From the NCBI RefSeq assembly GCF_965661665.1, contig NZ_CBFIEO010000009.1:23681-87680 (forward strand): a DNA stretch of 64,000 bases. The letters are read 5' to 3'. The stretch comes from Cognatiyoonia sp. (GTDB lineage Bacteria > Pseudomonadota > Alphaproteobacteria > Rhodobacterales > Rhodobacteraceae). The position numbers and the translations under genes were made by a program. Under the pieces are notes generated by a model that made no database searches, had not been told where the DNA came from, and worked only from the letters and a program-made list of their open reading frames with translations. Below, in pieces: positions 29,248 through 38,974 of the stretch (position 1 is the stretch's first letter; every line of letters begins with the position of its first letter).

Positions 29248-29874
29248 TTAGCGTTCGAGCGCGCCTTTGCCTGCGATGATCTTGTCGCGGAATTTAAGGA
29301 TGCGGGTGACGCGCGTGGCGCTTTGCTTGGCGCTGTTGAGGTTTAGGATATAGCTTTTCTGACGACCAGACGTGAGGGCGTGGAACGCCTCTGCCAGTTC
29401 GGGATCGGCGTCAAGGGCGCTGATGAGTTCTTCCGGCAGCTCCTGTTCCTCAACCACTTTGACGGGCTTGATGCCAGCATCGGCATAGCTGATCGCTTCG
29501 GCGAGGTATGCCAGGATAATGTCTTTCCGCGCGGCCACCTGCCCCACATCAGTGAAAGGGATCATGTCGGCCTGTTTCGCATTGACCCCTTGTTTTTCCA
29601 AGATGGCATGTGGGTCTTTCATGAGGGAGCTGTTGAAGAAGGTCAGCCGGAAGTCATTTCGAAACGCCCCGAAGATCGCGATGTTGCGGCCATTCCGCAC
29701 GTAGGTCGGCTGGCCCAATTTGACCATCTCTTCCAGCCCCGCCGCCTGACAAATCGCCCTGAGTTGCAACAACCCATCGCGCCAGAGCGCGGCGGAGCAA
29801 TCGGGCGTGTCAAAGCGGTCGCAGCGCCCGCAGCCTTTGGTGAAATAATCTTCGATGTTGCCGATCATGGGCAT
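29248..29874 (-). CDS. YdeI/DUF1801-like protein
   Basis: 208 aa. The C-terminal LTSGRQKSYILNLNSAKQSATRVTRILKFRDKIIAGKG resembles the YdeI/OmpD-associated tail. Confidence 0.55.
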   Translation of the reverse strand: MPMIGNIEDYFTKGCGRCDRFDTPDCSAALWRDGLLQLRAICQAAGLEEMVKLGQPTYVRNGRNIAIFGAFRNDFRLTFFNSSLMKDPHAILEKQGVNAKQADMIPFTDVGQVAARKDIILAYLAEAISYADAGIKPVKVVEEQELPEELISALDADPELAEAFHALTSGRQKSYILNLNSAKQSATRVTRILKFRDKIIAGKGALER

Positions 29875-30002
29875 GGGGTGAGTGTATCAGGGGCAGATCG
29901 GAGGCTCCAGCACATGCGCTCCTGACACCTGCTGTCAGGAGAGGCTCTTGAACCTATGGGGAATAAGGCCAACTATATGGGTCTGCCCCCAAGGAGTCTG
30001 TC

Positions 30003-32213
30003 ATGGCCTACTCCCATTCCGACAAACGCGAACTTGAAGATGCTGCCTATCTGTCGAACCCCGCGCCGAATGTGCGTGAGCGGGAGAAGATGGAGGGCGG
30101 CTTCGCCTTTAAGATGGTGACGGAGTTTCAGCCTGCAGGGGATCAGCCAACGGCCATCAAGGAGCTGGCCGACGGCGTGAATGATGGGGAACGGGATCAA
30201 GTGCTCTTGGGCGCGACGGGCACTGGTAAGACCTTCACCATGGCGAAGGTCATCGAGGAGACGCAGCGCCCTGCGATCATTCTGGCCCCGAACAAGACGC
30301 TCGCCGCGCAGCTTTATGGGGAGTTCAAGGGCTTCTTCCCTGACAACGCGGTCGAGTATTTCGTCAGTTACTACGACTACTACCAGCCCGAAGCCTATGT
30401 CGCGCGGTCCGACACCTACATCGAGAAAGAGAGCCAGATCAACGAACAGATCGACCGGATGCGCCATTCGGCGACGCGGGCGCTGTTGGAGCGAGATGAT
30501 GTGATCATCGTTGCCTCCGTCTCTTGCATCTATGGTATCGGGTCGGTGGAGACCTATGGCGCGATGACGCAGGATATTCATGCGGGCAGGATGTATGACC
30601 AGCGCAAGATCATGGCTGACCTTATCGCGCAGCAGTACCGCCGCAACGATCAGGCGTTCCAGCGCGGCACGTTCCGGGTGCGTGGCGACAGTTTGGAGAT
30701 TTGGCCCGCCCACCTTGATGATCGGGCGTGGAAGCTATCGTTCTTTGGCGAAGAGCTTGAGACGATCACAGAGTTTGACCCGCTGACCGGTGAAAAGACA
30801 GACACGTTTGAGAAGGTGCGTGTCTACGCGAACTCTCACTATGTGACGCCCAAACCGACGATGCAGCAGGCGATTATCGGCATCAAGAAAGAGCTGAAGA
30901 TCAGGCTCGACCAGCTGGTGAAGGAGGGCAAGTTGCTGGAGGCGCAGCGGTTGGAGCAGCGCACGAACTTTGACCTTGAGATGTTGGAAGCGACGGGCGT
31001 TTGCAACGGGATTGAGAACTATTCGCGCTATCTAACAGGCCGCGCTCCGGGGGAGCCGCCCCCCACCCTGTTTGAGTTCATTCCCGACAACGCGATTGTG
31101 TTTGCCGATGAAAGCCACGTGTCGGTGCCGCAGATCGGCGGGATGTATAAGGGCGACTATCGCCGCAAGTTCACACTGGCCGAGCATGGCTTCCGCCTGC
31201 CGTCTTGCATGGACAACCGCCCACTGAAATTTGAAGAGTGGGACGCGATGCGCCCACAGTCTGTTTATGTCTCCGCCACGCCCGCTGCGTGGGAGTTGGA
31301 GCAGGCCGGCGGCGTCTTTACTGAACAGATCATTCGTCCAACGGGGCTTTTGGACCCTGAGGTGGAAATCCGTCCAGTGGAGATGCAGGTCGATGACCTA
31401 TTGGATGAGGTCCGCAAGGTGGCCGCTGATGGGTTCCGTTCGTTGGTGACGACACTGACCAAGCGGATGGCCGAAGATCTGACCGAATATATGCACGAAC
31501 AGGGTATTCGGGTGCGCTACATGCACTCTGACATCGACACGATTGAGCGGATCGAGATCCTGCGCGACCTGCGGCTTGGCGCGTTTGATGTGCTGATTGG
31601 CATTAACCTGCTGCGCGAAGGTTTAGATATTCCCGAGTGTGGATTGGTGGCCATTTTGGACGCTGACAAGGAGGGGTTCCTGCGGTCGGAGACGTCACTC
31701 GTCCAGACCATCGGTCGTGCAGCGCGGAACGCAGACGGGCGCGTCATCATGTACGCCGACCGGATTACAGGCTCGATGGAGCGTGCGCTGAAGGAAACCG
31801 AACGCCGCCGCACCAAGCAAATGGCCTATAACGAAGCGCATGGCATCACGCCGGAGACGGTGAAGAAGAACGTCGAAGATATTTTGGCCGGTCTTTACAA
31901 AGGCGACACCGATCAGGCGCGTGTCACGACCAAGGTTGAGAAGCCGGGACAGAACATGCAGGCGGTATTGGATGGTTTGCGGGCCGATATGCGCAAGGCG
32001 GCTGAGAACCTGGAATTTGAAGAGGCGGCCCGCCTCCGCGACGAAGTGAAGCGGTTGGAAACGGTCGAGTTGACTATTGCCGATGACCCACTTGCCCGCC
32101 AATATGCAGTGGACAAAGCGGTTGAGGACGCCAAGGCAGCCTCTGGCCGCAGCACGATGGGACGTGGTGGCATGCGTGGCGGTGTGAAGCGAAAGAAGAA
32201 ATGGCAAGGCTAG
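30003..32213 (+). CDS. uvrB: Excinuclease ABC subunit B
   Basis: 736 aa. It has [14 protein letters not shown], the [10 protein letters not shown] beta-hairpin, DESHV, helicase motifs, and the C-terminal UVR domain [16 protein letters not shown]. Confidence 0.96.
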   Translation: MAYSHSDKRELEDAAYLSNPAPNVREREKMEGGFAFKMVTEFQPAGDQPTAIKELADGVNDGERDQVLLGATGTGKTFTMAKVIEETQRPAIILAPNKTLAAQLYGEFKGFFPDNAVEYFVSYYDYYQPEAYVARSDTYIEKESQINEQIDRMRHSATRALLERDDVIIVASVSCIYGIGSVETYGAMTQDIHAGRMYDQRKIMADLIAQQYRRNDQAFQRGTFRVRGDSLEIWPAHLDDRAWKLSFFGEELETITEFDPLTGEKTDTFEKVRVYANSHYVTPKPTMQQAIIGIKKELKIRLDQLVKEGKLLEAQRLEQRTNFDLEMLEATGVCNGIENYSRYLTGRAPGEPPPTLFEFIPDNAIVFADESHVSVPQIGGMYKGDYRRKFTLAEHGFRLPSCMDNRPLKFEEWDAMRPQSVYVSATPAAWELEQAGGVFTEQIIRPTGLLDPEVEIRPVEMQVDDLLDEVRKVAADGFRSLVTTLTKRMAEDLTEYMHEQGIRVRYMHSDIDTIERIEILRDLRLGAFDVLIGINLLREGLDIPECGLVAILDADKEGFLRSETSLVQTIGRAARNADGRVIMYADRITGSMERALKETERRRTKQMAYNEAHGITPETVKKNVEDILAGLYKGDTDQARVTTKVEKPGQNMQAVLDGLRADMRKAAENLEFEEAARLRDEVKRLETVELTIADDPLARQYAVDKAVEDAKAASGRSTMGRGGMRGGVKRKKKWQG

Positions 32214-32632
32214 CAGCGCTGTTTGCTCTGATTGCGACACCTGTTGGCGCGTGGGAGTTCCACGCCGATCCAATTTGCACGATCGAACATCAAAACTCGG
32301 GCGGTCAGGTCACGGTCACCTTTGACCCGTTGAGCCGTCTTTACGGGATTGATCTCACCTTGGCAGAGGGGCAATGGCCCGGAGCGCCCACGTTCGGGAT
32401 CCTGTTTGCGGGTGGCAATCAAATCCAGATCGGCACCGACCGCCATCAACTGTTGGAAGACGGCGCCACCTTGCGGGTGACAAACAAAGGGTTTGGCAAT
32501 CTGCTTGATGGGTTGGAGTTCAATCTGCGCGCCTTTGCCAAGACCGGCGGTCAAATCTTTGTCTTTGAGCTGATGGAAGCCGCCCCTGCTGTACAAGCCT
32601 TTCGCGATTGTGGGACGACGCTGTCGTCGTGA
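32201..32632 (+). CDS. Secreted hypothetical protein
   Basis: 143 aa. It has the signal peptide [19 protein letters not shown]. It overlaps the uvrB stop by 13 nt and is GTGA-coupled to the next gene. I did not recognise any family. Confidence 0.5.
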   Translation: MARLAALFALIATPVGAWEFHADPICTIEHQNSGGQVTVTFDPLSRLYGIDLTLAEGQWPGAPTFGILFAGGNQIQIGTDRHQLLEDGATLRVTNKGFGNLLDGLEFNLRAFAKTGGQIFVFELMEAAPAVQAFRDCGTTLSS

Positions 32633-33102
32633 CCGACAAGATTAACCCAATCCAACCGACTGATGATGACGCGCGCGCCTTGATACGTTGGTTGCTGGCG
32701 GAGGCACGGTTTGGCGCTTTGGCCGTGCGGCATCCTGAGACGGGCGCACCCTATGTGTCGCGCAGTGCGACCGTGGCATTGGACGGGGCGCCGCATCTAC
32801 TGATCTCAACCCTGTCGCTGCACACCAAGGCGCTGATGGCGGATCCACAGTGTTCAATGCTGCTGGGGGAGCCGGGCAACAAAGGTGATCCCCTGACCCA
32901 CCCGCGCATGACGGTGATGGGATGTGCCGAGTTGGCTGATAAAGCTGCGTTGAAAGAGGCGTGGTTGGCAGCGATCCCGAAGGCGAAGCTTTACTATGAT
33001 TTCACCGACTTCCAGATGTGGCGGATCACGCCAGAAACCATTCATCTAAACGGGGGATTTGGGAAGGCGTTCGAGTTAACGCCGGACGATCTAAAGGGCT
33101 GA
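32629..33102 (+). CDS. Pyridoxamine 5'-phosphate oxidase-related FMN-binding protein (HugZ/HutZ-like)
   Basis: ARALIRWLLAEARFGALAV...GAPYVSRSATVALDGAPHLLISTLSLHTKAL...HPRMTVMG. I prefer the GTG start at 32629. Confidence 0.6.
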   Translation: MTDKINPIQPTDDDARALIRWLLAEARFGALAVRHPETGAPYVSRSATVALDGAPHLLISTLSLHTKALMADPQCSMLLGEPGNKGDPLTHPRMTVMGCAELADKAALKEAWLAAIPKAKLYYDFTDFQMWRITPETIHLNGGFGKAFELTPDDLKG

Positions 33103-33615
33103 CATTTTTAGGGCGCCTTTTATGAAGCTGCCGCGCACCAGCCTGCCCCGTTTCTTGATCCAACGGTGCTTAACGAACCAATCGCGGAAACGGTCGTTGG
33201 AGACTACCCGAAGCTCATGTTCGGATGCAAAGCTGAGAATGGCCTCATCCGCTATCTGCCCTTTTGAGACGACCAAAACTTGCTTGGCGGGAAGTCCGAT
33301 GAGATTCGCCATCGGAGCATCATCAAGGTAGCGGTCTGACAGTTTGTAACCAACGTTGGCGTCGAAAATGACGTAAGGCTTAAGATCACGGTCGATCAGG
33401 TGTTGGACGGCGCGTTTGCGAACCTTCACCGATGGATCGCCGCCCCAGTGCATGACATTCGACCCATCAACGACAATCGCGTTTGAGGGAACAGTTTCGC
33501 GCGGACCAAAGATCTTGCGGAGCAACAGTCCCAGAGCACAGATGACGGCAGCCAAACCGAAAGCAGCGATGAGCCCGATGAGAAGCCAGTCAGTGGTTGA
33601 AAATTCCATATACAC
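33091..33615 (-). CDS. Membrane-anchored NYN (Zc3h12a-like) ribonuclease-domain protein
   Basis: There is one N-terminal TM helix (DWLLIGLIAAFGLAAVICALGLLL). The domain then reads IVVDGSNVMHWGG...KPYVIFDANVGYKL...DEAILSFASEHELRVVSNDRFRDW, paralleling the Zc3h12a NYN pattern VIDGSNVA...VFVP...DDRFIV...IVSNDNYRD. Confidence 0.6.
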   Translation of the reverse strand: MYMEFSTTDWLLIGLIAAFGLAAVICALGLLLRKIFGPRETVPSNAIVVDGSNVMHWGGDPSVKVRKRAVQHLIDRDLKPYVIFDANVGYKLSDRYLDDAPMANLIGLPAKQVLVVSKGQIADEAILSFASEHELRVVSNDRFRDWFVKHRWIKKRGRLVRGSFIKGALKMSAL

Positions 33616-33645
33616 GCCTTAGTTGCGCACCCCCTTAGGGACAAC

Positions 33646-33675
33646 AAAAAAGGCGCGGAAAACTCCGCGCCTTTT
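33646..33675 (-). terminator. Rho-independent terminator after tauC (bidirectional shape)
   Basis: AAAAAA-GGCGCGG-aaaact-CCGCGCC-TTTT. On the minus strand the stem is followed by six U. Confidence 0.6.
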
Positions 33676-33695
33676 CGTCGAAATTTATCTTGGGA

Positions 33696-35033
33696 TCAGC
33701 CTTTACCCTTCCACGGCACCAGCCATTTTTCAAGCTGGCGCATCAGCATGTCGATGCTGAAGCCGATGATGCCGATCAGGATGATGCCCATGATGACGAT
33801 GTCGGTGTTCTGGAACTTGGACGCGGTCATGATCATCATCCCGGCACCCTTTTGCGCTGCGACCAGTTCGGCGGCCACAACGGTGCCCCAGCAGACCCCC
33901 ATCGCCACGCGCGCGGCGGTGAAAATCTCCGGCAGGGAGTTTGGAATGATGACGTGGCGCATGATCTGCCACTTGCTTGCGCCTAAGGAATAGGCCGCGT
34001 GGACCTTTGAAATCCGCACACCGGAAACGCCGGACCGTGCGCCGATAGCCATTATCCAGAGGGCAGCGAGGAAGAGCAGTATGATCTTTCCTTCTTCCCC
34101 AATACCGGCCCAGATGATGACCAGCGGGATCAGGGCGAGCGGTGGCACGGGGCGCATAAATTCCACGATTGGATCAAACCAGCCACGGAACCAGTCAGAG
34201 AGGCCCATTGCGTAACCAAGCGGGATGCCGACCAGAGCGCCAAGCAGGAAGCCGACGACAACGCGGAAGAGCGAGTAGCCAAGGTGTTGTGCCAGCGTGA
34301 AATTGCGGAATCCTTCGGTCGCGATTTCCGTCAGGCGTTCCCAAACACGTTCTGGGGATGGGAGCCAGATCGGCTCCATCTGCCAGCCGGTAGAGGGAAC
34401 GATATTGAGCGTGCCTTTCTGGGACATGTTGACCTGGCCAAACTCAGTCGGGACGCTACCACCGGGTTCAATCGGCATGCCGTTGACAGCGGAAACGATG
34501 GCCCCGTCGTCGCGAGTGATTTCATCATTGCGGTCCACGCGCAGAAGTTCGGTGCGGTAGGCGGTGATGGCGATGCTGTCGTTCTTGGCAAACCCGTCGC
34601 CCGGTTCAACCTCTGGCGCGGTCACGTCTTGGCCGGTTTGGAAGACGAGGACGGTGACCTCTGCATCGTCGCTTTGGCCGTTTGCGGTGGCGGTGGCGGT
34701 GTAGGTGAATGACCCCTCCCCCGTGAACGCGCCGGGCATATGCAGGAAGCCAGGCAGGAGTTTTGAGCCTGTGAATGCGCCCCAGAGGACAAAGATCAAC
34801 AGGATCGAAACGACGGAAGCGACGGTGTTTGAAGACACCGCACTTTCATCGCCGAAGGTCACGGTCTTAAGGGAGCCATAGTCCTTCTTTGGCGTCAGGG
34901 CCCGCTTGACCAAGTTCCAGGTGAACAGGCAGAGCAGTATAAGAAGTACGTAGCCCAGAATGTAAGGGATCGCTGCCAGAAGTGTTGCGAAGACGGCGAA
35001 GAGTTCGCCGAAGAGTTCACCGAAAATGTTCAT
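33696..35033 (-). CDS. tauC: Taurine-type (NitT/TauT family) ABC transporter permease with a ~190-aa N-terminal extension
   Basis: The C-terminal 250 aa form a BPD-type permease (EFMRPVPPLALIPLVIIWAGIGE...ASKWQIMRHVIIPNSLPEIF). I prefer ATG 35033, which overlaps the tauB stop (ATGA). Confidence 0.75.
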   Translation of the reverse strand: MNIFGELFGELFAVFATLLAAIPYILGYVLLILLCLFTWNLVKRALTPKKDYGSLKTVTFGDESAVSSNTVASVVSILLIFVLWGAFTGSKLLPGFLHMPGAFTGEGSFTYTATATANGQSDDAEVTVLVFQTGQDVTAPEVEPGDGFAKNDSIAITAYRTELLRVDRNDEITRDDGAIVSAVNGMPIEPGGSVPTEFGQVNMSQKGTLNIVPSTGWQMEPIWLPSPERVWERLTEIATEGFRNFTLAQHLGYSLFRVVVGFLLGALVGIPLGYAMGLSDWFRGWFDPIVEFMRPVPPLALIPLVIIWAGIGEEGKIILLFLAALWIMAIGARSGVSGVRISKVHAAYSLGASKWQIMRHVIIPNSLPEIFTAARVAMGVCWGTVVAAELVAAQKGAGMMIMTASKFQNTDIVIMGIILIGIIGFSIDMLMRQLEKWLVPWKGKG

Positions 35034-35839
35034 GCCCCTACTCCTTCGGTACGACCCATGATTTCTTCTTCCATATCCCAAATCATGCCGAGGATTTCCT
35101 CGCGCACCTCATTGAAACGTGGGTCTTTCTTGACCTCGCGGAGGTCTTGGCCGACACCCATGTCAGCGAAAGGAAGGTTGTATTCTTTGTGGATGCGGCC
35201 GGGGCGCGGGGCCATCACGATGAGGCGTTCGCCCAACAGCAAGGCTTCTTCCACTGAGTGGGTGATCAGGATGATCGTCTTGCCGGTTTCTTTCCAGAGT
35301 TTCAGAACCAGACCCTGCATCTTTTCGCGGGTTAGCGCGTCGAGCGCGCCAAGCGGTTCATCCATCAGGATGACGTCTGGATCGTTGGCAAGGCAGCGAG
35401 CCAAGGCGACACGCTGCTGCATACCGCCGGAGAGTTCGTAGATCGCCTTTTCCTTGAAGTCCTGCAGGCCGACGATGTCGAGAAGGTGGTCAACTTCCAC
35501 CGAATATTCCGACGCTTTCTGGCCTTTCATCCGTGGGCCAAAGCTGACGTTGTCACGCACGCTCATCCATTCGAAGAGCGCGCCCTGCTGGAACACCATG
35601 CCGCGTTCTTTGCCTGGCCCTTCGACCGTCGCGCCGTTCAGTTCGATGTTGCCTTCGGTTGGGGCGAGAAAACCAGCAACAATGTTGAGAAGCGTGGTCT
35701 TACCGCAGCCAGACGGGCCGAGGACGGACAAGAGCTCCCCCGCTTTGAGGTTCAATGATACGTCTTTGAGCGCCTGAACGGAGGACCCGTTCGGCAAATC
35801 GAACCGCATCGAGATACTGTTGATATTAAGTCCCGACAT
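35030..35839 (-). CDS. tauB: Taurine-type ABC transporter ATP-binding protein
   Basis: 269 aa with Walker A GPSGCGKTTLL, the signature LSGGMQQRVALAR and Walker B VILMDEP. Confidence 0.8.
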   Translation of the reverse strand: MSGLNINSISMRFDLPNGSSVQALKDVSLNLKAGELLSVLGPSGCGKTTLLNIVAGFLAPTEGNIELNGATVEGPGKERGMVFQQGALFEWMSVRDNVSFGPRMKGQKASEYSVEVDHLLDIVGLQDFKEKAIYELSGGMQQRVALARCLANDPDVILMDEPLGALDALTREKMQGLVLKLWKETGKTIILITHSVEEALLLGERLIVMAPRPGRIHKEYNLPFADMGVGQDLREVKKDPRFNEVREEILGMIWDMEEEIMGRTEGVGA

Positions 35840-35944
35840 TCCCTACCCCGTTCTATATTCGAGAAAACGCCGTCGGTTGGTGCGCTTGCCGGAATATAGA
35901 GGCTGATTGTGGGGCACGGTCGAACCGCGCCCCACAGATCATTC

Positions 35945-36952
35945 TTACATGGAGCTGACAGACATCAGCGCGTCTTTGGAGATCGCACCTTCGTAGCTGT
36001 CGAGCGCGGATGGGATGGAGCCTGCACCCACGAAGACGTCTGCAACGCCTTTCATGAATGTCGCAGCGTTGCCGCCCAACCACGCTTCGGACAACTGGTC
36101 TTCAACAGTTGGGAACACGAATGTTGCCATTGTTTCAGCTGTCGCATCTTCGTCCATACCAGCGTCTTTTGCGATCACTGGCAGCATTTCAGCCTGCATG
36201 TCGCCTGCGTTCCACATCTCGTTCGATTTCGCTGTGACTTCAGCAAACTTTGCGACGAGCTCTGGGTTTTCAGCGACGAAGGATGCTGGTGCAGTTGTCG
36301 CGTCGAACACGAGGATGCCGAGCGCTTCTTTCTCTGCACCTGTCAGAAGAACGTTGCCGTGCTCCTTCATGCGGCGCAGCGCACCACCCCAACCACAGGA
36401 CATGTCAACCTGACCCTGTGCGATCGCAGCAGCGCCGTCAGCAGGGGCCATGTCAACGATTTCCATGGAGGAGATATCGACACCGAAGTGGTTCATCTGG
36501 GACAGAAAGCCGTAGTGGGCAGCTGTGCCGAGTGGAACAGCGACTTTCTTACCAGCCAGTTCGCCAGCGGAGTCCTTATCGATTTCGAGGCCGGATGCGA
36601 CAACGCAGTTGTCGTTGTCAGCGTAGGACACAGCAACGTCGATGATCTGAAGGTCCTGACCTGCGGATGTTGCGACCACGAATGGTGGGATACCCTGAGA
36701 GACGGAGATCTGAACATCGCCAGATGCCATCGCTGCAGACATCGCAGTGCCTGTGTCGAAGGAGACCCAGTTGATGTCGACGCCCAGCGCCTCTTCATAC
36801 ATCTCGTTCACTTTTGCGAACTGGAACGGCATTGGCCATTCGAGGAAGTACGCAACGGTGATTTCGCCGTGGCCTGCAGCCATTGCGGACTGACCGCCAG
36901 CCAGCAACGCCGCGCCAGCAACAGCACCCATCAGTGTGTTCTTGAGTTTCAT
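35945..36952 (-). CDS. tauA: Taurine-type ABC transporter periplasmic substrate-binding protein
   Basis: 335 aa with the signal peptide MKLKNTLMGAVAGAALLAGGQSAMA. It is NMT1/TauA-like (ITVAYFLEWPMP...WVSFDTGTAMSAAMASGDVQIS). The substrate is inferred from the tpa/xsc context. Confidence 0.7.
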   Translation of the reverse strand: MKLKNTLMGAVAGAALLAGGQSAMAAGHGEITVAYFLEWPMPFQFAKVNEMYEEALGVDINWVSFDTGTAMSAAMASGDVQISVSQGIPPFVVATSAGQDLQIIDVAVSYADNDNCVVASGLEIDKDSAGELAGKKVAVPLGTAAHYGFLSQMNHFGVDISSMEIVDMAPADGAAAIAQGQVDMSCGWGGALRRMKEHGNVLLTGAEKEALGILVFDATTAPASFVAENPELVAKFAEVTAKSNEMWNAGDMQAEMLPVIAKDAGMDEDATAETMATFVFPTVEDQLSEAWLGGNAATFMKGVADVFVGAGSIPSALDSYEGAISKDALMSVSSM

Positions 36953-37271
36953 TCATATTCTCCCTTGTGATGTCTCGGCTTGTCCGAGATCGTCGGTAAG
37001 TCATTACGACCGCCTGAACGAAAACGAGCTAAACACAGGCCATGCCATTCGGCTAGCCCCTGTTGCGTCGGGGTCGTCAAATTTCCGACATTATCGAAAA
37101 CTCTGAGCGGTCTGCTTAATTTTGCACCGATTTCAGACCCTTGCGTCAACATGTAGCTGCTAAAAGGGTTATGGTTTTCCGACGCCTTGGGTGGGTTCAG
37201 AATGTGAAATTCTGCCTTAAAGCCATTGAAATCAGAATGTTAGAGCAATTCTGGCATGGGTTCGACCTGCA

Positions 37272-37305
37272 ATCTGGTATTATTTTTAGTGAGTATCTGG
37301 CCCTA
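37272..37305. promoter_or_regulatory. Direct repeat pair ATCTGGtatTA / ATCTGGcccTA, 23-bp spacing (candidate TauR operator, tpa/tauA promoter region)
   Basis: ATCTGG starts at 37272 and 37295. The spacing and the TGG-N3-TA core match the repeat pair upstream of xsc. Confidence 0.4.
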
Positions 37306-37401
37306 TTTCAGTAGCAAACGTAAGGATCAAATATCGTATCAACGTTTGCCGAGCCCAAAGGATTCGATTGGGCGGCTGATTTCTGAACATGGAGAGGCTT
37401 C

Positions 37402-38787
37402 ATGGACCTAAACAACTTCACGAATGATCCAGAAGCGATCGTCGAGGCCGACCGCGCCCACGTTTGGCATCACCTGAGCCAGCACAAACCATACGACATG
37501 GGTGTCGATCCCCGCATCATCGTTGAGGGCAAGGGCATGCGCCTTTGGGACATCAAGGGCAAAGAGCATATCGACTCCGTCTCTGGTGGTGTTTGGACCG
37601 TGAACATCGGCTATGGTCGGGAGCGGATGGGCAAGGCGATTGCCGATGCAGTGACTAAGATGTGCTTCTTCGGCGGCTCTTTGGGCACGATCCCCGGTGC
37701 GCGTTTTTCTGAGATGCTGACCGAGAAAATGCCAGGGCTGGACCGTGTGTATTACGCCAACTCCGGCTCTGAGGCGAATGAGAAAGCGTTCAAGATGGTC
37801 CGCCAGATCAGCCACAAGCACTACGGCGGCAAGAAGAACAAGATTCTTTACCGTGAACGCGACTACCACGGCTCCACCATAGCGACGATGTCGGCGGGTG
37901 GTCAGGACGAGCGCAACGCACAGTTTGGTCCATTCACACCGGGGTTCGTGCGGGTGCCGCACTGCCTCGAATACCGCGCGCAGGACGAATATGCGGGCGA
38001 CAGCTATGGCGTGAAAGCAGCCGAAGCGATTGAAGAGGTCATTCTGCGCGAAGGCCCAGACACGGTTGGCGCGCTTTGCCTTGAGCCGATCACCGCAGGT
38101 GGTGGCGTGATTGTTCCGCCAAAAGGCTATTGGGAGAAGGTGCAGGAGATCTGCAAAAAGTACAACATCCTGCTTCACATCGACGAGGTTGTCTGTGGCT
38201 TGGGGCGGACCGGCACATGGTTCGGCTATCAGCACTTCGGCATCCAGCCGGATATCGTGACGATGGCAAAGGGTGTCGCCTCTGGCTATGCCGCAATTTC
38301 CTGTTGCGTCACCACGAATGAGGTGTTCGACAAGTTCAAGGACGACACCGACAAGCTTGGCTTCTTCCGTGATATTTCGACCTTTGGCGGCTGCACTGGC
38401 GGTCCGGCTGCGGCGATTGAGAACATGAAGATCATCGAGGAAGAAGATCTGCTGGGCAATTCCGTCACGGTCGGTGCCCACCTGAAAGCGCAGCTGGAAG
38501 CGCTGTCGGAGAAGCACGCTGTGATTGGTCAGGTCCGGGGCAAAGGTTTGTTTGCCGGCGCGGAACTGGTTGCGGATCGCGGCACGAAAGAGCCGGTGGA
38601 TGAGAAGAAGGTCATGGCCGTTGTGGCGGATTGTATGCAGCAGGGCGTCATCATCGGCGCGACCAACCGGTCGCTTCCGGGCTACAACAACACCCTACTC
38701 TTCGCGCCCCCGCTGATCGCCACAACCGACGACATCGACGCTGTCGTAGACGCTGTTGACCAAGCTCTGACCCGCGTTTTGGGGTAG
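37402..38787 (+). CDS. tpa: Class-III aminotransferase, taurine:pyruvate aminotransferase by context
   Basis: 461 aa. It has omega-aminotransferase motifs (YANSGSEANEKAFK, HIDEVVCGLGRTGTWFG, MAKGVASGY). It sits between tauABC and tauR-xsc. Confidence 0.75.
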   Translation: MDLNNFTNDPEAIVEADRAHVWHHLSQHKPYDMGVDPRIIVEGKGMRLWDIKGKEHIDSVSGGVWTVNIGYGRERMGKAIADAVTKMCFFGGSLGTIPGARFSEMLTEKMPGLDRVYYANSGSEANEKAFKMVRQISHKHYGGKKNKILYRERDYHGSTIATMSAGGQDERNAQFGPFTPGFVRVPHCLEYRAQDEYAGDSYGVKAAEAIEEVILREGPDTVGALCLEPITAGGGVIVPPKGYWEKVQEICKKYNILLHIDEVVCGLGRTGTWFGYQHFGIQPDIVTMAKGVASGYAAISCCVTTNEVFDKFKDDTDKLGFFRDISTFGGCTGGPAAAIENMKIIEEEDLLGNSVTVGAHLKAQLEALSEKHAVIGQVRGKGLFAGAELVADRGTKEPVDEKKVMAVVADCMQQGVIIGATNRSLPGYNNTLLFAPPLIATTDDIDAVVDAVDQALTRVLG

Positions 38788-38805
38788 GATCACTTATTGG
38801 AACGA

Positions 38806-38841
38806 AGGGCACACGGTCAAAAGTCTTGTGCCCTTTTTTTG
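38806..38841 (+). terminator. Rho-independent terminator after tpa
   Basis: AGGGCACA-cggtcaaaagtct-TGTGCCCT followed by TTTTTTT. Confidence 0.7.
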
Positions 38842-38974
38842 TTGGACTTTCGTATTTTTGGCGCCTTTCGAGACGTTCGGGATATGTTAATTTAGGATGT
38901 ATCAATCCTGAATTCCCAAGCATTTGGGGCTTCTGCAAATTGACTCCGCCATGTTGCCCCACCAAGGTCCGCGC

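Noticed and set aside
28225-32273. Long antisense ORFs: 28225..29220 +, 29973..30713 - and 31695..32273 -
   Set aside because: Each lies opposite a strongly supported gene (M29 aminopeptidase, uvrB) and shows shadow-ORF composition.
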